DNA of 63,135 bases, the filler included, from Sphacelaria rigidula (lineage: Eukaryota): assembly GCA_964200075.2 (NCBI GenBank). It is 8 parts of 8 records of this genome, joined end to end, with 100 filler letters (N's around TTAATTAATTAA, not from the genome) between each part and the next. Parts side by side here need not be neighbours in the genome. Positions count along the whole stretch, not along the records: positions 7,906 to 15,710 come from CAXNAA020013400.1; positions 15,811 to 23,615 come from CAXNAA020013401.1; positions 23,716 to 31,520 come from CAXNAA020013402.1; 5 more parts are not named here. One strand, written 5' to 3'. Position numbers and translations under genes: made by a program. The notes under the pieces were generated by a model. That model was not told the DNA's origin. It saw only the letters and a list, made by a program, of their open reading frames with translations, and did no database searches. Shown in pieces: positions 10,701 to 24,246 of this stretch. How positions within the stretch are numbered: position 1 is the first letter of the stretch; each line of letters opens with the position of its first letter.

Positions 10701-13700
10701 CTTATAATGCTCAAGCGCATACCCTTTTTTCCCCTTTTACCCTTTTTTGTGCAAGTGGTGACCGTACCTCCGACTCCGCAGAAGATACACCGGATAATCA
10801 CAACCAACCCATTTGTTGTGAATTACACCCCACCGAAAGGCCAAACTCCAACGACCGAGAAAATTGTAGCCCCCCGCTGCTTGGCCCGTACACCCGGGAG
10901 ATACGACGATGAATCCAGGACGCGAATACTTGTATGCTGGACCTCACAGAGATCAAACGAACATGGGTAATGCCGCTCGGGTCTGTGTTTGTGGGCTATT
11001 ATTCCACTAGCTGCAGCTGCAATAGTACGAAGACAGCGGAAGAATATGTACATGTAGTTGAGAAGATAAGGCACGCGAGTAAGATTAAAACATGCCCGAG
11101 GTGTGTCAGTCTTGCCCGGTCAGTACGCCGTGTTCACTGGAGAGTGACAGCACGGTGACTGTTTCATACCGTTGTGCATTTTCAGCCAATGATGGAAAAA
11201 AGCTCACATCATGTATGTACGGCAGAGTAGCAGCAGCACAAACGGTGAAACGAGGGGGGAGGTAGTTGAGAAAATGTGAAATGCGTCAATGATCAACGTA
11301 CGCTCACGGTGTAGCAGCCCTGCACTGACAGTACCAGGACTGCTGCGAAAGCATGGATGATAGCACAGGATGCATGTTGGTTGCATGTTTCGAGTCAGTG
11401 GCGACTGCCAGCGTGCGCCGCTCGCAAATCATAAGAAGCATGTGCCCATGAAAACTGAAAACTGCTCAGGGACGAGATACATGGTAACTCTGCGTGTTCT
11501 CTACTGCGAGCTCATAACCGGTCAGGGGTTTCCAGTGACTATGTTTAATGTATATATGCCCAAAGTTCATATGTTCTTGGAAAAAAAGTACATCGTTTGG
11601 TGAAGAACAACTTTTTTAACCTCAACTATGGCGTGGTCTGTCGGGTCCATCCGAGGGGGGTCGCAGTCAAAAGGTTATGCCGCCAGTTAGTTGAATCGCT
11701 CGTTGAAAGACTTTCTTCGAAATATATTATTTGAAGTAACGCTGACTGACCCCAACCACAGGCATACCGTGAACCCTCGGGCAAGGGCAGTCCAGAGGGT
11801 GCTCTGGGCCAAGTGTGCGTTGGCAGGCGTCAAACCGGGGGCTGCGGCGCCGAGTTGGACAGTAACGCCCTCCGTTCATGCTACGGTAGGAATACTTGGG
11901 ACTGTCAGCCCCACTGAAGATCCGACGGTAGTGTACACACTGAAATTGAGCAATGATATCTCGTGAAAGTTTCACGAGTCGGACGGATCACGATTTATTT
12001 GAAACAACTGATCGAAAAAGACTCTCGAATCCGTTGGTCCAACAACACAAACGTTCATGTAACGGCGGAGTCAGAAAAGCCAAGGCGCAACCCTAGCGCT
12101 ACTCGCCGTAGTCGGCGTCCGGCGCTGTAAGTAGCAAACATTGAAAAGGGGGGCAGATGATCCGCATCATGATTCGGATCAGTATACAGAGAACAAGGAA
12201 TTTCAGATGGATCGTCATGTGTCCGAAGTGTGGAAAGTTTCATCGTACCAAGTGGTGAATGGTGTGGTATCTCACACCATGGACAAGAAACAGCAGGAGA
12301 AAGTGCACTCTATGGTGTATCCAATTCAATCCCTATTGTGAAGTATCTACAAAATGTAGCTACTGGACCTTATCGGGTGTTGTATACCCTAGACCCGCGC
12401 TGTGCAAATATTCCGAAAACCCAAGCGTACGATTTCGGTTACAGCACCGCCACCACGCTATCTGTGTCTGATATCTCGGTAAATATGCGCCCAAACTCAA
12501 ATCAAGATAAAAACGCGTGTGACAGCTTGTAAAATGCACGCAGTTTAGACATCGGGGTGTTTCAACTTGCCGAACAGACGTATGTGCAGTAGGCTCGGGG
12601 ATGGTACCGTAGAGCGCGGTGAGGGTGATGGTGTTCACCCCCTTGCCCCCACCCCTCACAAACGAACTCAAGCGTGTCTTGCTGGCTGGTCGCCAGTGCA
12701 GAGAAGGACACACATGATCAAAATCAACCACGCCTATTCAGAATTCTCAAGAGGGTGTATTCATTCCAGCACACCTCACCAGTCACGGCCGCTACAACAG
12801 TATCATACATGGTGTCGGTCCGTTATCAGTAGTGTAGAGGCGGTATTTCGAAAGGTTGGCCGTTCAAATGCGGCACTCTTGGCGCCTGATGACGGTGAAA
12901 CTTCACGTCATGTATAGGTTGAGGCCGCAGGTAGCTTTGCCTCGACAGTACCGGCGGCCTAAGGCGGTTTGTGAGCTGCGTGCGTTGGTTGAAACGATGA
13001 TTACTGTATTGCAACAGGCGCAATAATCTATGCTGTACGCAGTACACGTTTTGGCAAATAATCTCTGTTCAGGGCATGCTTGTTTGCCTTTCTGTGTGGA
13101 ATCCCCCGATTATTTTATGCGGCGGGTCTCCCCGAGGCACGCTCGTCCCGTATAAACTGAACTTGATGGGGATGTGAGCTGGACCAGTTTATACTGTCGA
13201 TTAAACTGGAACTGGCGACGAGGGCCCCAATTTATCTTTTTTTATTGAGATTTGCCCTTACCGACTTTTACAGCATAGGTCTGATTGAATGGTGTGATAT
13301 AACATAGCACATGGAGAACGGGTTTGCCCTGGGTCACCCACTACTCCAGGTGTCTTCTGCTCTCTTCGTCCATTTTGCTTCGTTGTTACATCGTGGTTCT
13401 GCAGTTTCACGTTTTTCTCGGCCGCACCGTGTAGGTCGACGATTGGTCAGTCGAATGAGGAACATGAATAAAAAGAAATTGTGATTTGTATACGGCGGGA
13501 CGCTTTATGCAGAACTGCCGAACGGCAAACCTCCATTGCCCTTTGCCAATTGCACGACGAAGAGCGTTTTGAACATGATGCAGCATATGCCTACCACACC
13601 TCGAAGTGATACAGCGGATATATGCCAAGGTCTGTCGTTTCATCGCATGACATCCGAAAACAATAACAAAAAACGGTGACCTGCGACCACAAACACAAAT

Positions 13701-14743
13701 CACACCACAGTTTGCTATTAAACCACATTCGTGTTTATCGGCCCGGACGTGAAGAAGAACTGCGCTCTTATCCCCACATGCTGCCAGCCTTAGCTTCCTT
13801 GTTCGAATCCTCCTCTTCTCACGCAGAGTCTCTGCTGCTACATGCCACAGATGAGTGATTTTCGAATCGCTCACCCCAGCGAATGGGATTTGAATACCAT
13901 CTATGCCCCTTAGCTCCTCGACGTGAGCGGTCGCATTTCTTACAACTGTTCACATTTTTGAAGTGAACACAAGCCGAATACCGCAATATATCTTGCGCCC
14001 CGCGGCGCTCCGGCGAGGCCTCCTCACCAGCGGGTGAAGGCGTCGGGGCTTGCCCTTCGCTGCTTGCCGCTGATGTTCTCCGAAATCATCGGCAAAGCCA
14101 AATAACTGCAATAACATCGATGAACAGCGGCCAGTAAATACCTTACTGGACAGAGCTGCCAGTTCACAACCCTGAAGAATGATCTGCCCGTTTTTGGTCG
14201 CTGGTCGCTTTTTCGCTCCACCCTCTGCCAGGGTAATTGGTTTAGCATAATAACCTGAAATTAAGAAAAATAGCACAATGTCAACCCTACCTTCATGGTG
14301 TACCAAGACGGGGTGGGGCCCAAAAGGGTAAGGTGGGTGTTGACCCTTCATCACCCGCGAACCATTGACTGGCAGCATTGACTCTACCGTTCGCTTGTTG
14401 GTACGGTAGTAAGCTTTTCACCGACGCTGTGTTTCCCGAGGTTCACCTCTGTGTGACCTTTTGAGGTTGGCACCACCTTCCGCGGTATCCAACCACCGCG
14501 GTGGTGCACGGTAAGGTTTGGATGGTGACTGATTACCCCGGTACTTATTGGTACAGGAAGCAGCCACCGCGATAATGTACGGTATCTTATATCCGTGAGT
14601 ATTTCCTTCAGCATGTGGGAAGCAACTCACGACCGTAGCTTATACCTAGACATTCAAGCAACACGGAATCGTTTGTGGACTTGTTTTTTGCATAAGTCAG
14701 ATGTACGCTTAGCCTACTGAACACAAGCAGCCTCTTGCAGCCA

Positions 14744-15424
14744 AAAGAAAAAACACGACAGCCTGAATCCAGAGCTGCACCCAGTAATATCAAGCCCTTG
14801 TTCAGTGATCACAAACCATAGAAACATGGTCATTCTCTTCCAGAGATAACTTAAACTGGTCATGTCCGGTCGCGTGTGTTTTAGTATGGTACGTATTATG
14901 GTGTATTCATACTTCAGGACGCATTTGTCCACCAACTGAAAAACGGTAGGGTCCTCGAAAAACAAACCGACAGAAAACGTCTTCCCGGAAGGTTGAAAAA
15001 AAGGGAATAGAGGAAGATACGAAAGGGGTCTGGCGGGCGTTGAAAGATCGGTCTGTTCACCACAGATTGCAGACGATCACTACTAAAGAAGAAACACGAC
15101 AGCCTGAATCCAGAGCTGCACCCAGTAATATCAAGCCCTTGTTCAGTGATCAAAAACTATGAAAGAGAAGGTCATCATCCTCTTCCAGACAGACCTTGAA
15201 GTGCTTACGTCCGGTCGCGTGTGTTTTACTCGTAGTATGGTGCGTTCATGCTTCAGTACGCATTTGTCCACAAACTGAAAAACGGGAGGGTCCTTGAAAA
15301 ACAATACCGCAGAAAACGTCATCCAGGAAGGTTGAAAAAAAGGGAATAGGGAAAGAAACGAAAGGGGTCTGGCGGGCATTGTAAGATCGGTCGGTTCACC
15401 AGAGATTGCAGACGTCAACTACTG
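14744..15424. repeat. Tandem duplication of a ~340-bp unit
   Basis: Units 14744-15083 and 15084-15424 both begin AAAGAARAAACACGACAGCCTGAATCCAGAGCTGCACCCAG and end AGATTGCAGACG...CTACT. Confidence 0.9.
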
Positions 15425-15845
15425 TCCGAGTCAGGTAACGTGATGTTGACTTCCTGTGGCAATTCATGCATTGCTTTCCTGTACACTGTTCGGCGCAATA
15501 TATTCGTGCGGTATGTGTCAAAATGGTGATGAGAATCCGCAGGAATAGCCGTGTTTGCGCGGTATTTGTTTGGACGGGAACGGTAATCGAGTATACTCAC
15601 ACTCAATGTTGGATACACGCGGACAGGCCTGGATGAGTTGGAAATAGATATGGTGATTGGATTATGACATATGGGTGAAGGGCATATAAGAGATACAGTT
15701 CTGTTATTAANNNNNNNNNNNNNNNNNNNNNNNNNNNNNNNNNNNNNNNNNNNNTTAATTAATTAANNNNNNNNNNNNNNNNNNNNNNNNNNNNNNNNNN
15801 NNNNNNNNNNGCACACTTATGAGCCTCGTTTTTCGTGCAACCAAA

Positions 15846-17760
15846 TACCCCCCCCCCTATCGTAGGATGACTCTCACATCAGCACCAGTCCTAGAATTTC
15901 CGGACTTCTCTCGAGAGTTTGTCGAACACTGCGATGCTAGTAATTTTGGTCCAGGGTCATTCCTCGGGCAGCGTCTAAAGATAGCACCAACCCGAACGAC
16001 GTTGACATCATTGCATATTTCTCGAAGCGTTTCTCCAAATCACAGCGTCACTATAGTCCCACGATGAAAGAATGTTGCAGTGTTGTCTGGTCTCTACTTC
16101 ACTGGAGATTTTATTTGTGGCGTCGCCATTTCACTTGCTGGACGGATCACCAAGCTCTCACGCATTTATACAATATGCAAGACACCAGCAACATGCTAAC
16201 TCGATGGTCAATCCAACTGCAGAGCTTGGATTTCACGGTGAAACATGTTCCCGGGAAATTAAACGTTGTACAAGATGCGTTGTCTCGCCTATTTGGTGAC
16301 ACAAACGGTGAAGAAATTCAATCAGAACCCAGATTAGCAGGCATCTACCGTAACGTACCGGATGATCGACCGTATCATCGCCCGTCCCCCCAAGAATTCG
16401 AAGTATCTGCTCATCAATTAGATGATATCCTTCCTGTCGAGAGCGACCGCGACATGTTCATAAGTGCAGTATCCATCTTCCCTGTCGCAGATCCCGCTCA
16501 AATTGCGAAACAGCCACATGAAGAGTTCGGTCCATACATCGACTATCTCAGTAATCCCAAGTCATCCCCCCTTCCTCCGAAGGAAACCACTCATACCATG
16601 AGCTATTTTTTCCTCCACGAGAATTTATTTTTCGCTCTTATCTACCAGATCACTTGCGGGAACCCAGCGATTTTAGTGATCAATTAGTGGTGCCTGATAA
16701 GTTACGTCCGCTTGTCGTGGAAGCGTGCCATGACCTTCCCGCTTCTGGTGGTCATCTAGCGTTCGAAGGTACTTTCGATCGAGTGCCTGATAAGTACTGG
16801 TGACCCACAATACACACTGATGTTAAAAGCCACGTTGACTGTTTCCAATCATGTCAAGGGCGCAAATCCTCAACACGGTCCCCGGTGTTACCAGTCGGTC
16901 ACTGTCTTATCACAAACATTTCAGCGCGTCGCGGTCGACCTCGTTGAGTCTCGCTCCCGAGGAAATCGATACATCTTGTCAGTGATTGATCATTTGACAC
17001 GATTTGAAGTCCTCATTGCTATTTCCAACAAAGAGGCTATAACCGTCGCACGTCACATAGTGGAACGTGTCTTTTCCATCTTCGGCCCTCCCGAAACCCT
17101 TCACAATGACCAGGGACTCGAGTTTGAGAACGAGCTCGTCAGAGAACTTCAAACCGTATTCGGATATAAGAAGACTAGAACCACACCATATCGTCCCCAA
17201 GGTAACTCTGATCTTGAACGAGTCCACAGTACAGTACACAAAATGTTGGCGATGTACAGTGATATTGCGTACTCTAACTGGGCAGATATGTTGCCTTTTG
17301 TCCAACTGGCACATAACACGGCCTATTCATCTACGCTCCACGAAACACCACACGTTTTGATGTTCGGCCGTCCCGCCTCACTTCCCATCGAACTTATCCT
17401 TGGTGTGCCGTCAACATCCGCGCCCCAGTCTCCCCTGGATTATACGCGCAAAACTGTCAACAATACATTGCAATTAGCATATGAATTGGCTCGCCGGAAT
17501 CTCAAAGAACGGTCCGACAAACAAGCTAGTTCAAACGACAAATTATCATTTCCCAAATTTGTCACAGGTGATCAAGTCCTGGTCCACCGTCCTTACTCGG
17601 ACACTGATGGCCCCAACCCTAAGCTTATCAGCCCATAGCGTGGACCATACACTGTTCGTAGTCAGATATCGCCAGTCGTTTACCGTGTCAGTAAAGATGG
17701 CAAAATTGCCGAAATATCCGTTCACCTCGGCAGACTAAAAAAATATCGAGCTCCGTCCTT
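15846..17760 (+). mobile_element. Ty3/gypsy pol remnant: RNase H and integrase
   Basis: RNase H motifs LTSAPVL..PDFS...HCDAS, TDHQAL and VPGKLNVVQDALSR. Integrase HHCC zinc finger (CHDLPASGGH...CFQSC), core IDHLTRF/FGPPETLHNDQG/PQGNSDLER and GPY motif. Stops and frameshifts are present. Confidence 0.93.
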
Positions 17761-17769
17761 CCCATCTAC

Positions 17770-18398
17770 TGTTGTGATATGATGTGACTGCAGGACGTAG
17801 CCATGATCTCGGGCAAAGGTGACATTGAATGATGGACATTTTTATATTCAAATAGCGGAGAATTGGCTGCCTCTTTGGGTTGACGTTCTACCGAGAGCAT
17901 GTAGTTGAATTTCAAAAAAAGGTAGTGACCCAACCATGGCATGTATTGAAGAGCTCGTCTCTTGGATTTTATGGTATGACCTCAGTTTATGATGATTATG
18001 GAGCAGCGAAACACGTTTGAAGCTGTAAGCAGTCCCAACGAGCGTCACTCTCTTTTCATCTCCGGCTTTTGGCTACAACCCAACAGTTTCCCATTGGGGT
18101 ATCTACAAACCGCGAGAAAGTGAGTCACAGAGATAAGAGCAGTAGTCGGGCTGCCGTTTTGTCTGGTGTGTTTTGTTGATTGAGGCTTCGGCTTGCTTCG
18201 GTTTGTGTTGTACTTGTGTTCTGTAGATGAAGCTGTAGATGAAGCTTGGATACAATCAATTGCGTGAAAAAACGGCGCTACTCTCGTCTGTAATTGCTTG
18301 TTGTCTCTTTGTGTGAAATATATGAGAGCGACTGTGGTCAACCCGCGCTGCTGAGCTGAGCAAACAAACAACGTACACTGAGGTCTGAACCTGGAACA
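17770..18398 (+). repeat. Putative 5' LTR (629 bp) of a further gypsy element
   Basis: Starts TGTT and ends AACA, followed by PBS-like TGGTGGACACC (18403-18413) and gag-like ORFs. It abuts the truncated integrase of the previous element. Confidence 0.6.
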
Positions 18399-21300
18399 AT
18401 CGTGGTGGACACCATTAGACCCTTCTCAAGGTGCCTCACCCTTATCACATCACAGTTGGAGCTCCCGCACTGCCTCTACTGTACTTTGTTTTTTAGTTGC
18501 GTTGTGTTCGGACTGCCGAGCTGCCGTGTATACTACACTACAAAACAGAGTGGCTCCTCCGCAATTCACAACGGCCCCTCTGTACGGAACAACCACAATG
18601 CTTCCGCCACCCTTCTGCCTCACCCGGTTGCCGCCCCCCCTGCGTCTCACTCCCAACCACCACCTTCTAAAACAAACCAACGCCCATGGATTCCTGCGTC
18701 CATGGCCTCTACTGGGGAGGTCATGTTCGCACACACCCCAGACGCATTCAACAGTCGTTTACCAAGCTGGTCCTTCGCGACGAAAATTTGGCCGGAAGTG
18801 TTTCAGGTAAGCACTTCGATGAACAGACAGACCCCCCCCTCTGGGCCAGTAACGGAGACCCTAACCTTCGATGAGATGTAATTCGCCGCTGCAAAGATCA
18901 CTCCTTGAACTGTGGCACTTGGTTCAATCCTCGAACAGGGTACATCGCAGATGGTCAAGTTCCAACGCACTCGATGCGCCAATGCGAAGCCTCGTTCACA
19001 AACGCATTTGGCGTACTCAACCTGATATTCTCCGACCCCCGGTTTGCACACTTTTGGCCAACTTGGCAAGCACGTATGCGATCTTACCGTCGCCATCAAC
19101 CCAGCGGCGCCCACAATTCATACCTACGCCCCCGGCGCGGCAATCGCCACTATGATGGTGACACTCGCGCCCCCCCTCAATACCAACATTCCTATTATCA
19201 CGCTCAGCCCGCTGACGCGGCCCCCTCCCACGTACCCCCCGCCCATTCTGGCGCTTTTCAATCGCCACACCAGACTCAACACCCGAGTACTCCTAGCCTC
19301 CCCACAAACACATCTACTGCCCCGAACACAGCCCGCCAGAATGGGACCCACACTCTACCGATGCCAAACGTACCACCTGACGGTGTTTGGGAAACGCACT
19401 ACACCCTGAGTTTCGAAATCACCGACGGGGTACCTCTACGTATGTGACCGCTTGTAACACTTCGCCGTCACCCTCTTTACATTTGGATAATACTTCTACT
19501 TCAAACCTCATTGTCAACCACAGGTCCACAGTCGGGCCCCAACAACCTTCAACAACAACCCGCGGCGATACATTTTCTTTCACTCAGCCAGTGTACCATC
19601 ACCACTTCTTAACAAAATCCTCGTCGGCCAGCGTGGGTTCTCGCTCGTGGTGTGGGTACGCTAGCGTTGACCGTTCTGTCATGACGGGTTCCATGACAGC
19701 ACAGTCCCGTGCAACATTGCATGACTCCCAAATGCGCAATGACCAACCCCAGTGTTTTCATACTGGACCTGATCACCCAGTTGTTTTTCCGAGTGGTAGT
19801 AATCAATGCCAGTTGGATCCGATCGCCCCGTGGAATCGGCAGTCGTGTAGCGTGGCGCCTACCGCCTTAGAAGCAGGTACATATTCTGATACGGTATCTG
19901 CTACCCCTCCGACCGTTCATCGTAGGATGCAACGTTTACAGAGACTCCCCAGCCCCGAGAAGGACTCAGGAGTCCAGTCGAACCCGGTAACACACGCGTG
20001 CGAAATTCCGCGTGTGCCCGGTCCCCTTTTATTTGGTGAGCGTAGTTTTTCGTGCACTACGCGCGCCAGTGCCGAGCCCTTGCTTTCCGTAGCTCAGCGG
20101 GTTGGGAAGGAACCCCAAGCGACAGTGCCGACCAAGCGTCACACGTGTAGCCACGAATGGACTGACCTTGCCAACTTCCCAAAAGCCCCTGGAACAGCCG
20201 GCTCTAGAGTGCGCTATACGCGACACCAGGAGAGGGCTCTTCCGGATCAAACTGTAAATAAATCTGCAGTTGCCGCTGCATCCGCCCACCAAGAAGGTGC
20301 CCGGGTGCCGGGCACAGCGGATGAAAGCCTTGTCGTAGAACAGGTCGGTGTTTCCCAGATCCCGAACAGATCAGCACCGCTTCCTGCCGACCCCTCGGAA
20401 TCTATGGTGAAGAATAAAGTAGCGTTGACATCTGTTAGGACAGTAAACCCGCTACGCGCTGCATGTATGTCTCATGGTGCCGGACAAGTCCCGGCTGTGC
20501 CGTCCAAATTACAGTCCGACCAGGACTGTTTCTCCCCTGTTCCTCATAGCTTCAAACAATTATTGCAAACATTCACATCCACTTCCTTTTCTAGGCATTG
20601 TCCATCCCTGACTGTGTACGAAATCCAACTTTTGTCTACTGCACCACACGCCATGCAAAACCCCTCGTGCCACGACGGCCCTTCGGGAAACACGTTCGTT
20701 CCGGAGGATCAATCTCGAGCCTATTTTAGTACCATTGCCCGACAACACAAGAGTGATGTGGCTGCAGATCAATTGTCGGAATACGGACCAGACTTGGTCA
20801 GTGGAACTGCACTTATGGATGACGCCTCCTTCACAACCCGAATAGGTATACATAGTGGAGTGCATGCAACACGCCCTTTGATGACCGTCGCACTGCCCGA
20901 CACTGGCTCGCCACAAACTTTCACCACAGCCAGCTGCTGGCAACACATGATGAACGCTGGAGCAGCAGACAAACACTGCCTTTCTACTGTTCCGCCTCGT
21001 GTTTTTGGCGGGTTTGGTGCTTCCGCTCCCCTTACGGTCGATCAATCAGTCAGACTCAGTGTGCAACTCTTCGATGACACGAGTCCCACTGCACGATTAG
21101 CTGTGTGGGCACTCATCGTGCCCGATGGTTCCATATCGGTTGATGTTCTCTTGGGACGTGATAGCTGGCTACGTTTTTCCACACATACATACACGACGAA
21201 CTCACCTGTCTTGAACCGACCACTGACAGGCAGATTGAAATTGGGACATCACGACGCTGATCCAGAGGCTCAGGCCTATGTCGATGACCCAACACAAACA

Positions 21301-23615
21301 GGTGATGCTTTTCGACTGTATTCTGTTGGAGACCACGTCGTCTCTCTGTCCCGTGAACCTCAACACATCCATGTGAATCTTGTGAGACGGAACGGATCCC
21401 CCGCCCTCACTGGACAGTACTTGGTCGACTTAATCAATCCCAACCGAACCACAGACAGTATTCCCCCCTTTGATCAGACCGATGTATTTGTCCATGAGGG
21501 TCGGCAATCCATTCCCCTCACGTCCTCTGCATGTCTCGATGTCCTCCTTGGTCAGTTGTTGGGTTTTGCTCAAGGGCCCCTCCTACGGGCAGCCTTGTCG
21601 ATTGTATGTCTGAAGGTGCCACCGCAAACGTCATCAGACAGCTCAGAGACACACGGTTCCACTTCGTTCGACAAGACTGATCCCACGGTTGTAGCCGAAT
21701 CGACTGATACGCCTGACACAAACCCTCCGACTACCTTACTAGATACGTTCTCGCCAGAGCAACGTATTAGTTTCCAACGATTATGAGATGAAATCCCCCC
21801 CCATTCGAGACACATTGCGTTTGATTTCACTGGTGAGGGTTGGACACCCACGGTGATTGATCGGTTACGCTCCATCTTGATACGATACTCTGAACGGTTT
21901 TCCAAATCGTCAACAGATTTAGGCCGCTGCAACACTTTACCGTTCAAAATCAACCTTCCTGATGGTACGACACCTGTCGCCATGCGTCCGTACCGTACAA
22001 ACCCTCTTCTAGCGGGTAAAATTCAAGTAATTCTCGACGAATACTTGTCCGCCGGGTTAATACGGCACTCAACGTCTCCGTGGGCCTCGCCTTTGGTAGT
22101 CGTCCGGAAGAAGAATGGTAAGATCCGACTGACCGTCAATTACCAACGATTGAACGCAGTCACCAAAATCGCACGTCTACATCTTCCCCGCATAGATGAA
22201 GTCATCGACTCCCTCGGCGGGGGCAAAGTTTTTCCGAACTTCGACACGCAGTCCGGTTACCACCAACTAGTGATGGAGCCGCACTCTATCGAGCTACCGG
22301 CGTTTTGCACCCCGTCAGGTCTATATGAGTAGCTGGTCACTCCACAAGGTGCCGCAGGCACCCCAGGAGCGTTTCAATGTGTGATGTTTCGCGTCATTGA
22401 TAGACTGGCCAAATGCCGCATGTACCTCGACGATGCGGCGGTTCACGGCAGTACACCTGCTGAGCACGTCGAACATTTGGCGTCCTTCTTTGTTCGTTTT
22501 GAACAACACAATTTGAAGCTCGACACCCTCCAAACCACCTCTGCCCACCATAGTCGAAACCTCGACTGTGCCTCCGCCACCCCGTGATGATACCACCTCC
22601 GGTACCACACCATCCGACACCTTCAACAACGTAGGAATAGGTGTGAACGTTCCGTTTGAGAATACACCGACCACCCCCTCTGACCTTGATCCAAATAACG
22701 CCTCGTGTCCATCCCACAGCGCTTCGATCCCCTGCGTTTTGGACAACCCCCTCCGACAGTGTATTTAAGGAACTGATCCTCTTTTCTCACGCTGATTGGG
22801 CTCGGGAACAGCAAGCTGAACGGTATACATTATCTCTCCAAAGGATGCCCCTCCCCCTTTCCAGAAACTGAGTTCGTTTTGCCAGTAGGGCCCCACCGAG
22901 CCCCCACACAGGATGAAATTACTGAATTATAGCCTAAAGGCAGGCTTTATACGAATGATGCTGGCGTTGTTCTTTTAGTTCACCGGCCCCCCACGAACCC
23001 TCCTGGAGGGAAATCTACAGTAGTCACGCCCGTTTGTGGGGTGATGCCCCCGTACGTATTTATGTTCCGATGCTTCCGCGTCCATGGGTTCTCCATGACT
23101 GCCACTCACAAGCATCCACACATCTGGGCGTCGCTAGGACTTCCCAGATGCTTCAGCGTTTTTTATCGGTGAATTTGTATGGACCAATGTGTGCGTTGGT
23201 GGGTTCGGCGGTGTCTTCTTTGTCAAGCACGCAAAACTTCGCGTCAAACAGTTAGATGGCCGGTAATCTCTATTCCCCTTCCCAATGGGCCTGGTGAAAT
23301 AGTTTCATGGGACTACTTTGGCCCCCTGCCCCTCACTGATAGTGGTAACAAGTACATTTTGTTGTTTACGGATCGGTTCAGTCGACATGCTGTGATGAAT
23401 GCTGTTTCGGAGGCCAACTATAGTGCAGAAGGGGCTGCCAACGTCCTTGTGTACACATACATCCCTCAGTGTGGTGTCCCCAAACGTTTGTTATCCGATA
23501 GCGGCCCACATTTTGCCGGCAAACTTTCTGCCGCGATCAGTAATCTCCTGGGTGTCCATCGTATTTTTACTAGTTCATACCATCCGTCCACAAACGGTGG
23601 GACCGAACGAGTTAA
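17770..23615 (+). mobile_element. Ty3/gypsy LTR retrotransposon (gag-like region, protease, RT, integrase; RNase H missing), cut by contig end
   Basis: Protease LPDTGS...VLLGRD lies in ORF 19387-21786. RT motifs RPYR, SPWASPLVVVRKKNG, LPRIDE, SGYHQ and MYLDD. Integrase H..H..CLLC, DYFGPLP, TDRFSR, SDSG, YHPSTNGGTERV. Confidence 0.93.
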
Positions 23616-24143
23616 NNNNNNNNNNNNNNNNNNNNNNNNNNNNNNNNNNNNNNNNNNNNTTAATTAATTAANNNNNNNNNNNNNNNNNNNNNNNNNNNNN
23701 NNNNNNNNNNNNNNNCGACCCAAAAATGCTCGAGTTACGTGTATTCATGTATCCATCCCTAGTAGCAATGTTCCCCCGTAATAGAAAGCCGCATGATCCC
23801 TCCACCACCTAATATATATATTTTCACGTGACGTGTTCGAGACATGTTGTGATAAAAAAAACACTTATATGACATACATACGCGGAACCTCTTGGAACTA
23901 GAATTATCACTAGACTTCCGAGATTATCGAAGGGTCGATAATACGATGCAGAGGAACACGTGAAAAAACTAGAAACACGTTGATACCAAACACATATAGC
24001 GACAAGTAAACAAGATCTCAAGAAAGTAGCACCACGCATTACAAGCGGGGCCAGGGTCGAACCTCTTACTGGAAGGGTGTTTCCGTTCACCCTTCCGCGG
24101 TCCGATCAACCTGCTCAGCACTCCCCTTGCGCACTTTTCCCAA

Positions 24144-24246
24144 CCCTTAGACCGCGATAACAGTAGTACATCTGGGCCATGCATACTATTTTCACGTGAA
24201 ATATGCCGATTCAACATGTGACCTACCTTCGCCGTCGGAGGGTTAA
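24144..24246. mobile_element. Miniature piggyBac-like element
   Basis: Ends are CCCTTAGACCGCGA and TCGCCGTCGGAGGG|TTAA. The right end matches 62055-62114 and the reverse complement of 36071-36128. Confidence 0.5.

Noticed and set aside
11691-12532. Fragmented plus-strand ORFs as a transposase or viral gene
   Set aside because: Protein-like, but interrupted by stops and a short repeat (12058-12138, similar to rc 35808-35890). No motif could be named.
12880-12915. Hammerhead-like CTGATGA...GAAAC...GTC
   Set aside because: Only 4 nt (CGGT) lie between the core motifs, with no stem II and no stem I pairing. It is better explained as a short palindrome.
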